Shown: positions 9,237 to 16,979 of the stretch, piece by piece
Layout: each line of letters starts with the position of its first letter
Numbering within the stretch: position 1 is the first letter of the stretch
Assembly: GCA_041563375.1 (NCBI GenBank)
Contig: JBFFND010000001.1
Location: 1 to 26,257 of the forward strand
From: Gammaproteobacteria bacterium
GTDB taxonomy: Bacteria > Pseudomonadota > Gammaproteobacteria > SZUA-229
Reading direction: 5' to 3'
Length of the DNA: 26,257 bases
Translations under genes and position numbers: made by a program
The notes under the pieces: model-generated
Database searches by the model: none
Told to the model about the DNA's origin: nothing
What the model saw: the letters and a program-made list of their open reading frames with translations, nothing else

Positions 9237-10181
9237 ATGATAGAATCAGCCCAGCACAGTGTACAACTGGTCGAAATCGGTGCCCGCAACCACCAGCAAC
9301 GACTCGATAACTTCCTCCTCAGCCAGCTCAAGGGCGTCCCCAAAAGCCGTGTCTACAAACTGCTACGCAGCGGTCAGGTGCGGGTCAACAAGGGTCGCAA
9401 AAAAGCCGATTACCGCCTGAGTGAAGGCGATGTGGTGCGTATACCGCCAGTGCGTATGACGCAGGCCGATGAAGGTCTGGCACCCGCGTTTCTGCTGGAA
9501 CAGGTCAGTCAGTCGGTGATTTTTGAGGACGCGGATCTGCTGGTGCTGAATAAGCCCGCCGGCCTGGCAGTACACAGCGGCAGCAATGTGCGTTTCGGCG
9601 TGATCGAAATACTGCGTCAGGCCCGACCGGATGCCGAGATGCTGGAACTGGTGCACCGTCTCGACCGGGAAACCTCGGGCTGCCTGGTGATTGCCAAATC
9701 ACGACCTGCCCTGAATCAGCTGCACCAGCATTTTCGCGATGACGACAGCGGCATGCAGAAAATCTACCGTGCGATTGTCATGGGTCGCTGGCAGGGTGGC
9801 GAACAGCTGGTGGATCAGCCATTGCTGAAAAACTCACTGCGCGGCGGTGAACGCATGGTGGAAATCACCCCCCAGGGGAAACCGGCGCGCAGCCTGTTTA
9901 TCCCACTGGAATACAGAGACCGTCTCAGCCTGCTGGAGGTGAAACTGTTTACCGGGCGCACCCACCAGATTCGTGTACATGCGCAGTCACTGGGACACCC
10001 GGTGGCCGGTGACCGAAAATACGGCGATAACGGGTTTAACCAGCAACTGCGGGAAGCCGGCTTTAAGCGCATGTATTTGCATGCCAGCCAGCTCACTTTT
10101 TCACTGGGGCAACAACGCTATGATATCCACGCACCGCTGGATAGCGAATGGCAGACACTGCTCGACACGGCATTGTCATAA
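9237..10181 (+). CDS. rluC: 23S rRNA pseudouridine synthase RluC (RluA family with S4 domain)
   Basis: QRLDNFL, GQVRVNKGR (S4), NKPAGLAVH, HRLDRETSG (catalytic Asp) and GRTHQIRVH motifs. Divergent from rne. I set the start at ATG 9237 rather than TTG 9174. Confidence 0.95.
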   Translation: MIESAQHSVQLVEIGARNHQQRLDNFLLSQLKGVPKSRVYKLLRSGQVRVNKGRKKADYRLSEGDVVRIPPVRMTQADEGLAPAFLLEQVSQSVIFEDADLLVLNKPAGLAVHSGSNVRFGVIEILRQARPDAEMLELVHRLDRETSGCLVIAKSRPALNQLHQHFRDDDSGMQKIYRAIVMGRWQGGEQLVDQPLLKNSLRGGERMVEITPQGKPARSLFIPLEYRDRLSLLEVKLFTGRTHQIRVHAQSLGHPVAGDRKYGDNGFNQQLREAGFKRMYLHASQLTFSLGQQRYDIHAPLDSEWQTLLDTALS

Positions 10182-10243
10182 CAACGATTTAATGTACCTG
10201 AATTACACCTGCATCAACACTCCCCGCTGGATACCGGAAAACC

Positions 10244-11260
10244 ATGATCAGATCGAAGCTCCCGCCCGTCAAGCAACCTATTAGCAGAATGACCAACGCC
10301 ATTGCCCTGGCATTCTATTGCACCCTCGGTACACTATTACCACTGACGCAGAGTGCAGCGGAAAACGGGGTAACTGACTGCCGCCAGATCAGTGACGCCA
10401 CACAGCGCCTACAGTGTTATGAAAATCGGGATCCGCTAAACAATCACCTCACCGATACGGTACTCGACGAGCGCTTACAGCAGGAGCAATCCACCCTGGA
10501 TAACAGCTTCAGTCTTACCGCGCATCGCCCCACCTATATTCTGCCCCTGACCTATATGGACACGCCCAACAGTGCACCCTTTTCAGGTACCGATGTACCG
10601 CTGGAGAATGGCACCGACATGGATAACCTGGAAGCCAAATTCCAGATCAGTTTCCGCGTGCCCATTATCAATAATTTTCTCATCAAAAACAGCCAGCTCT
10701 GGTTCGCCTACACCCAGCTCTCGCTCTGGCAGCTATATAACCGCGACAATTCCTCACCGTTTCGGGAAACCAACCATGAGCCGGAAATTATCTGGTCCTT
10801 TCTTATTAACCACGGTTTCGGTGATATTAAACTGACCCATTTATCCGTGGGACTGAACCATCAGTCAAATGGCCAATCTGAACCCCTGTCACGCAGCTGG
10901 AACCGCCTGTTTCTGAGTAGCGTACTGACTTATGATCACTGGGTGCTCGAATTTCGTCCCTGGTATCGCCTGCCGGAACTGTCCGGTGAAGACGACAACC
11001 CCGACATCGAGGACTATATGGGGCATTTCGATTTAAGGCTGGGGCAGAAAAAACAGGAACACCAGTTATCCACCCTGCTTAGAGGCACCGTCAGTGACGG
11101 TAAACTGCGCGCGTTTTATGAAATCGGTTACAGCTTCTCGATCAACCGTAAATTCCGCGCCTATGTACAGTACGTCAGTGGCTACGGCGAATCACTGATT
11201 GACTATAACCATCGCAACCAGCGCCTGAGTGTCGGCATCATGCTTAATGACTGGTTTTAG
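10244..11260 (+). CDS. pldA: Outer-membrane phospholipase A (OMPLA)
   Basis: EAKFQISF, LWFAYTQLSLWQLYN, SSPFRETNHEPE, HQSNGQ..LSRSWNR catalytic motif, GYGESLIDYN, C-terminal Phe. The start could instead be 10289. Confidence 0.92.
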   Translation: MIRSKLPPVKQPISRMTNAIALAFYCTLGTLLPLTQSAAENGVTDCRQISDATQRLQCYENRDPLNNHLTDTVLDERLQQEQSTLDNSFSLTAHRPTYILPLTYMDTPNSAPFSGTDVPLENGTDMDNLEAKFQISFRVPIINNFLIKNSQLWFAYTQLSLWQLYNRDNSSPFRETNHEPEIIWSFLINHGFGDIKLTHLSVGLNHQSNGQSEPLSRSWNRLFLSSVLTYDHWVLEFRPWYRLPELSGEDDNPDIEDYMGHFDLRLGQKKQEHQLSTLLRGTVSDGKLRAFYEIGYSFSINRKFRAYVQYVSGYGESLIDYNHRNQRLSVGIMLNDWF

Positions 11261-11319
11261 CCGTTTACAATCAGTTAGAATGCAGTATCCGACACTGGCC
11301 AGACAGATTTGATGAAACC

Positions 11320-12636
11320 ATGCAAAAGACATTCAGAACCATTTCCCTCAGCCTGTTAATTTCGCTTGCCGCCGCACCGGTGTATGCACTGGATTTCCTG
11401 GAGTCCTATCAGCTGGCGGTGGAAAATGACCCGGATATACTTGCGGCGCAGTATGATTATCAATCCACACTGCAAACCCGCTCGCAATCCCGCTCATCAC
11501 TGCTGCCCAATATTGATCTGGATATTTTCGGCTCACGCACCGAACGGGATGGTGCCTCACTGATGACAACAGCTACCGGGGATTACGATACCACCGGTTA
11601 CACACTGTCACTCAGCCAGTCTATATATAATCACGGCCTGCATTTGCAACTGGAACAAACCGATCTGTCAATTGCCGCCGCAGCAACCAATTATTCTGCA
11701 CAGCAACAGGCACTGATCGTGCGCGTAGCCGAAGCCTATTTCAATGTACTGTCAGCCGAAGATACCCTGGCCTTTGCCAAAGCCGAGAAAAAGGCCATAG
11801 GTGAGCAACTCGAACAAACCCGCCAGCGTTTTGAAGTGGGTCTGATTGCCATCACCGATGTCAAGGAATCACAGGCACAATACGATCTGTCAGTTGCCGC
11901 GGAAATCCAGGCACAGAACCAGGTACACACCGACCGTGAAACCCTGCGCACCATTATTGGCAGCTACCCGCAGAAACTCGACCAGCTCGACAGTGAGCTA
12001 CCACTGCTGGTGCCTGAACCTGCTGATATCGATAAGTGGGTAGCCACCTCAAAAGAAAATAACCTGGCACTTAAATCAGCACAGTATGCCCTTGAGATCG
12101 CACAGACACAGATCGGCATCGACCGCTCGGGGCACTACCCTTCACTGCATCTGAACCTCTCGCACGATGACAGCAGCACCGATACCGAGACCACCACTAT
12201 CGACACTGAAGATACGCGCCTGATGCTCAACCTGAATGTACCCATTTATTCCGGCGGTTTGACCAGTGCAAAAACCCGTCAGGCGGTGGCCCAGAAAGAA
12301 CGCGCCCGCTCACTGCATGAACGTGAACTGCGCAACGCGGTAAAATCGGCACGGGACAGTTATCTGGGTATCAGTGCATCGATTGCTCAGGTAAAGGCCT
12401 TCAAGCAGGCTCTGGTATCAACACAAACCGCTTATGAAGCCAGCCAGGCCGGTTTTGAAGTGGGCACACGGACTGCGGTGGAAGTGCTTTCGGTATTGCG
12501 TGAACAGTTTCGTGCAGAACGTGACTATGCACGCTCACGCTATGACTACATTCTGAATATTTTACGACTAAAACAGGCAGCGGGCATTTTGTCCGAAGAC
12601 GATGTGGTGCAGATCAATCAATGGTTAATCGACTGA
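11320..12636 (+). CDS. tolC: TolC-family outer-membrane channel
   Basis: Signal peptide, SSLLPNIDL, RVAEAYFNVL, RFEVGLIAITDV, GHYPSLHL, VPIYSGG, GFEVGTRTAVEVL and ARSRYDYILNILRLKQAAG motifs. Confidence 0.9.
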   Translation: MQKTFRTISLSLLISLAAAPVYALDFLESYQLAVENDPDILAAQYDYQSTLQTRSQSRSSLLPNIDLDIFGSRTERDGASLMTTATGDYDTTGYTLSLSQSIYNHGLHLQLEQTDLSIAAAATNYSAQQQALIVRVAEAYFNVLSAEDTLAFAKAEKKAIGEQLEQTRQRFEVGLIAITDVKESQAQYDLSVAAEIQAQNQVHTDRETLRTIIGSYPQKLDQLDSELPLLVPEPADIDKWVATSKENNLALKSAQYALEIAQTQIGIDRSGHYPSLHLNLSHDDSSTDTETTTIDTEDTRLMLNLNVPIYSGGLTSAKTRQAVAQKERARSLHERELRNAVKSARDSYLGISASIAQVKAFKQALVSTQTAYEASQAGFEVGTRTAVEVLSVLREQFRAERDYARSRYDYILNILRLKQAAGILSEDDVVQINQWLID

Positions 12637-12680
12637 GCACCGCAACCCATACAATATTTCGTCTTTATGCGTAAACCATT

Positions 12681-13376
12681 ATGAGTGAACAACGCCCCTA
12701 TCAGCTGTTAATTTTCGACTGGGACGGCACCCTGATGGATTCGGTGGCACGCATTGTTGACTGCCTGCGCCTGGCCAGTGACTCTGTGCTGGGACAGGCC
12801 GAACGCAGCACCGATGACCTCAAGGAGGTGATTGGCCTGGGGCTCAACGAAGCCCTGCGCCAGCTGCACCCGGACTGCAACAGCACACAGATACAGGCCA
12901 TGGCCGACGCCTACCGTTACCAGTATATGCAGGTTAACCAGACCAGCTCCAGGCTGTTTCACGGGGTTGAAGACCTGCTGCATCGTCTCGAACAACAGGG
13001 CTACTGGCTGGCGGTAGCCACCGGCAAGGGTCGCGAGGGACTGGACCAGGTACTGCAACTCACCGGCCTCACGGATCGCTTTCACTGCACCCGCTGTGCA
13101 TCGGAAACCTTCTCCAAGCCGCATCCGCTAATGCTGGAAGAAATTCTGCAACAGACCGGGCTGGATGCGCGCGATGCATTGATGATCGGCGACACCGAGT
13201 ACGATATGGAGATGGCCAGAAACGCACAGATGGATCGGCTCGGTGTCAGTTACGGTGTACACTCTGGTGAACGCCTGCACAAACACCAGCCCATTGGCTG
13301 TCTGGATGACATTACACAGCTCGACCACTTTCTTAAACAGTTGAGCCTGCAGGGCGTATCCGGAAAAGTGTGCTAA
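12681..13376 (+). CDS. HAD-IA family hydrolase (phosphoglycolate-phosphatase-like)
   Basis: IFDWDGTLMDS (DxD), VATGK, SKPHP and IGDTEYD motifs. Confidence 0.9.
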   Translation: MSEQRPYQLLIFDWDGTLMDSVARIVDCLRLASDSVLGQAERSTDDLKEVIGLGLNEALRQLHPDCNSTQIQAMADAYRYQYMQVNQTSSRLFHGVEDLLHRLEQQGYWLAVATGKGREGLDQVLQLTGLTDRFHCTRCASETFSKPHPLMLEEILQQTGLDARDALMIGDTEYDMEMARNAQMDRLGVSYGVHSGERLHKHQPIGCLDDITQLDHFLKQLSLQGVSGKVC

Positions 13377-13435
13377 ACAACACCCTTACATATAGAAATA
13401 AAGCAATACCATAAACCAACACAGCGGAAGCATTT

Positions 13436-14374
13436 ATGAGTGACTCAAACAACTGGGAAAAAGACGTCCTGATCTCAATTGCCACTGAAGGCATCAAAGA
13501 ACAGAAGCGCAGCCGTCGCTGGGGCATCTTTTTCAAACTACTCACCTTCGCCTACCTGGTCGCTATTTTTATTTTTATCAACTCCAGCAGCCAGGATGCT
13601 CACATTCAAAAGAGTGGCAAGCACACCGCACTGGTTGATCTGCATGGCATTATTGCCCCAGATGCGGAAGCCAGTGCAGACAATATTATCACCGCGTTAC
13701 GTAATGCTTTTGAAGATAAAAAAACCGCCGGCGTGATTCTGCGCATTAACAGCCCCGGTGGCAGCCCGGTGCAGTCTGGTTATATTTACGATGAAATACT
13801 GCGCCTGCGTGAAAAACACCCGGATACACCGCTGTATGCGGTGGTCACCGACATCTGTGCATCCGGCGGTTATTATGTCGCTGCTGCCGCAGAAAAAATC
13901 TATGCGGACCAGGCGAGCATTGTCGGCTCAATCGGTGTACGCATGGATAATTTTGGCTTTGTTGAAGCGATGAAAAACCTGGGTATCGAAAGGCGCACCA
14001 TCACCGCCGGTGATAACAAGGCGTTGCTCGACCCGTTCGCGCCGGAAAACCCAGAAGTGGTAACACATATGAAAGGTCTGTTGAGCAATGTGCATCACCA
14101 GTTTATCAATGCGGTCAAACAGGGTCGCGGCGAACGCCTGAAAGAAGTCGAGGGCATGTTCAGTGGCCTGATCTGGACCGGCGACCAGAGTGTGGAACTC
14201 GGCCTGGTGGATGAACTGGGCAGCTCCAGCATGGTGGCACGTGAAGTATTCGACGCAGAAAACATTGTTGACTTCACCGTACAACCGGATTTTTTCGAGC
14301 GCTTTTCGAAGCAGATTGGTGCGCAGGTTTCCAGCCTGCTGATTGAGCAAAGCAACAACATGCAATTACGTTAA
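13436..14374 (+). CDS. S49 family peptidase (SppA-like signal peptide peptidase)
   Basis: N-terminal TM segment, LRINSPGGSPVQS, CASGGYY (Ser nucleophile), SIVGSIGV and FSGLIWTG motifs. Confidence 0.93.
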   Translation: MSDSNNWEKDVLISIATEGIKEQKRSRRWGIFFKLLTFAYLVAIFIFINSSSQDAHIQKSGKHTALVDLHGIIAPDAEASADNIITALRNAFEDKKTAGVILRINSPGGSPVQSGYIYDEILRLREKHPDTPLYAVVTDICASGGYYVAAAAEKIYADQASIVGSIGVRMDNFGFVEAMKNLGIERRTITAGDNKALLDPFAPENPEVVTHMKGLLSNVHHQFINAVKQGRGERLKEVEGMFSGLIWTGDQSVELGLVDELGSSSMVAREVFDAENIVDFTVQPDFFERFSKQIGAQVSSLLIEQSNNMQLR

Positions 14375-14392
14375 GGCTTATAATTCCTGCCC

Positions 14393-14432
14393 ATAAAAAA
14401 AGCCGCACAGTTAAACAGTGCGGCTTTTTTAT
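14393..14432. terminator. Bidirectional Rho-independent terminator
   Basis: AAAAAAGCCGCAC / GTGCGGCTTTTTT 13-bp stem with a 9-nt loop, between the convergent S49 and DUF5666 genes. Confidence 0.88.
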
Positions 14433-14458
14433 TTGAAAACCGGTTTTACTGTATAAAA

Positions 14459-15901
14459 CTAGTCTTCAATTTCTACCGAGTCCGCAACTCCATCAGGTCC
14501 GCCATTTTCCACTTTATCTTCAATACTGATCACGGTCTGATCAATATCTATGAGCGTAATGAAATTCGCCCAGTTACTCACAGTGCTACCATCGCCATCT
14601 TCATAATCGGTGACGTTGTCATCCACAGTAAAGGCCACACCCAGCACAGTCACCGAATTATTACTATGCGCCGTGACTACGCCCTGCAGCTCGGTATCTT
14701 TTATCTCAGCTTCACGTTTTACCCGTGTCGCAGCTACAGTGTTTACACCTTCTTCAAATCCCAGCACATCAACAAAATCACCCATTTGTAACTCGCTCAA
14801 TAACAGGTGATCGTCACTGCCTGCGGCGTCATCTTCCATGCGCGTGATACTGCTAATCTGTACTGTCACTGAAGGTTGTGTACTGATAACTTCCAGTGTA
14901 AAGCTGTTACTTTGTATATCTATGGTATCGACTCTGGCACTGATTTCAGCATTTCCACCACGCAGCTCAATCTCGTCCGCGATCAGCACACCGTTTACAA
15001 CTGTGCCTTCGACTTCTATTTTAATGCCAGCACTTAACTGTAACGCACTACTAATATTCGAGGCATCTACGGGTATACCGTTCACTTCAAAGTGATTATT
15101 GTCTGTGTAGCTGGTGATATAACCTTCGATTTCTACCTCATCGGCATCATCGAAGAGATCATCTTCAGCTTCTATCTGGGTTGCACGCAATCTATTAGCA
15201 GCCACATCAAAAGTACCTTTTACGTCAACCAGAAGTCCCTCCTGCAAGCCGTTGCTAAAGCCTTCGAATACACTGACTGATGTAGTATCGACAGTAATAC
15301 CCTGAATCGTGAACAGGTTACTCGAAAGGTTACTGATAAGGCCTTTGACTTCCACCTCACTAGAGCCATCGAAGGTAGATGATTTCAGCTTTACATAACT
15401 CGCCTGCAGGTCACCATTCTGGTCATAAAAACCACTGACCTCGACGACATTACCCTGAACAATCGAACCGAAGTCCACCCCTTCATAGGCGGTATCCGCC
15501 TGGGTAATAATGACTGTCTGCCCCATAATCGTGAAGGATTTTTCAGTCGGGCTCAGGTCCTGTATATCATCAGCCACCGGCCCCTGTAATTCATTCGAGT
15601 ACCGGATGCTTGTTGCTGTGCCTGTGATGCCATCGGCGTTCACATTTCCAGTGAGTTGCACCACCATACCAATCCGCAAATCCTGCTGACTGCCATCAAC
15701 ACCTTCAATATTGAAGGTTGACTGGTCGGTTTCATATTCAACGCCATTGACAAACACACTGCCAAAACCGGTGACTGTGCCACTGGAAATAAAACCACTG
15801 CCGCCGATACCGGCCAGATCGACACCGCCGTTACAGGCAGCCATTATCATTGCGGCCAGCACAGGCATAGCAAAGCGCGTGTTAGTGAATTGATGTTTCA
15901 T
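14459..15901 (-). CDS. DUF5666-repeat lipoprotein, acidic, about six repeats
   Basis: Signal peptide with lipobox-like MAAC (Cys23), then AGIGGSG and GTVTGFGSVFVNGVEY. Repeated units G-x-[IV]...F-x-[VI]-x-G...G-x-x-V-[EDQ]-V-x-G. Family recognised from memory. Confidence 0.78.
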   Translation of the reverse strand: MKHQFTNTRFAMPVLAAMIMAACNGGVDLAGIGGSGFISSGTVTGFGSVFVNGVEYETDQSTFNIEGVDGSQQDLRIGMVVQLTGNVNADGITGTATSIRYSNELQGPVADDIQDLSPTEKSFTIMGQTVIITQADTAYEGVDFGSIVQGNVVEVSGFYDQNGDLQASYVKLKSSTFDGSSEVEVKGLISNLSSNLFTIQGITVDTTSVSVFEGFSNGLQEGLLVDVKGTFDVAANRLRATQIEAEDDLFDDADEVEIEGYITSYTDNNHFEVNGIPVDASNISSALQLSAGIKIEVEGTVVNGVLIADEIELRGGNAEISARVDTIDIQSNSFTLEVISTQPSVTVQISSITRMEDDAAGSDDHLLLSELQMGDFVDVLGFEEGVNTVAATRVKREAEIKDTELQGVVTAHSNNSVTVLGVAFTVDDNVTDYEDGDGSTVSNWANFITLIDIDQTVISIEDKVENGGPDGVADSVEIED

Positions 15902-16704
15902 TTATCTGACTCCTTTTCCAGGGTACTCCGGTAAAAATAAATACCCAGACTGACGTACTCGGCCTCATCTGCCGCTCTCGCCTGATGTTCACTCAGCCAG
16001 CTATCGAGTTCTTCCAGCAGCGTCTGGGCTCGCCGGTTTGCATATTTCTGGAAGGCTGGCACATGTGCTCTATCCAGCTGCTGGCTAGAGACCTTTCTCT
16101 GGAAATGCTTGTGCTGCTGATCAGCCGTCATATTGTGGACAACGGTTTGCATAAGCTCATGACTGTCTGTGCCCAGGATATCAATCAGATCAACCGGATC
16201 ATTGCCCGGCACATAGGCATGAGTAATTAAGTGCAACCGATCACCATGTTTCTCAACACAACCGCTTTGCTCAAGCAGATCGAGCATGGCGCGGGGGGGG
16301 ATATCACCACTGTAATCCTTTACCAGGCTGGCAAAAGACGCCTCACCGTCCATTAATAAGGACTGGGGGACTCCTTCTGTATTACAGAACCGTGTATCAT
16401 TTAACCAGCCGCTGATCACACGAACTGCACGGTTATATTTCTGCCCCTGTGCGTAGGATATGTCCTCGTCCTGCTCCAGCAGTCGCTTAACCTCCTTGCG
16501 TGACAGGCCGGTTTTCGCCGATACTGATGAAACCGTGGCCTTACCCTCCTGGGCCGCAGCTGCGAAAGCCTGCTCAACATAACTCCTGCGCACCAGCTGC
16601 TCAAAATCTGCACAGGCCACACCGTTGCGCAGCAGAACCCGCACCAGTGGCGCGAGAATCTGCATGGCAGCTTGGCTCAGTACCTGATTGATGCTCTTTC
16701 CCAT
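15898..16704 (-). CDS. DUF6502-family protein with N-terminal HTH-like segment
   Basis: ILAPLVRVLLRNGV, HTH-like SSVSAKTGLSRKEVKRLL, RVISGW, SFASLVKDYSGDIPPRAMLDLL, FQRKV and C-terminal SLGIYFY. Its TGA overlaps the ATG of the lipoprotein gene (ATGA). Confidence 0.75.
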   Translation of the reverse strand: MGKSINQVLSQAAMQILAPLVRVLLRNGVACADFEQLVRRSYVEQAFAAAAQEGKATVSSVSAKTGLSRKEVKRLLEQDEDISYAQGQKYNRAVRVISGWLNDTRFCNTEGVPQSLLMDGEASFASLVKDYSGDIPPRAMLDLLEQSGCVEKHGDRLHLITHAYVPGNDPVDLIDILGTDSHELMQTVVHNMTADQQHKHFQRKVSSQQLDRAHVPAFQKYANRRAQTLLEELDSWLSEHQARAADEAEYVSLGIYFYRSTLEKESDK

Positions 16705-16740
16705 AATTGGGAATATATTCCCATTCTGGTATCAGGTCAA
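16698..16740 (-). promoter_or_regulatory. Sigma70 promoter overlapped by a palindromic operator
   Basis: TTGACC (16740-16735), N17, TATATT (16717-16712). Perfect palindrome TGGGAATATATTCCCA at 16708-16723. Extra half-site TTCCCA at 16698-16703 overlaps the start codon. Confidence 0.8.
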
Positions 16741-16979
16741 GCCCTTTTGAGTTGTTTTATCAGCATTATTCAGCCGTCCAGCATGCCCTGCGTAAAAGCC
16801 AGGAGCACACCTCGTAACAATTCAAAAATAACTCAGAAATAAAAGCCAAGACTGTGATTTTATTAAAAAATTAATCTGTATCCGCTAGCGGGAGTGGATG
16901 CTTCGGTCTATGCTCTATCTACTCATTTGCGTATCTGTCAACGGTGCGCGGGATAATAAGAACAACAAACGGGGGGTTA

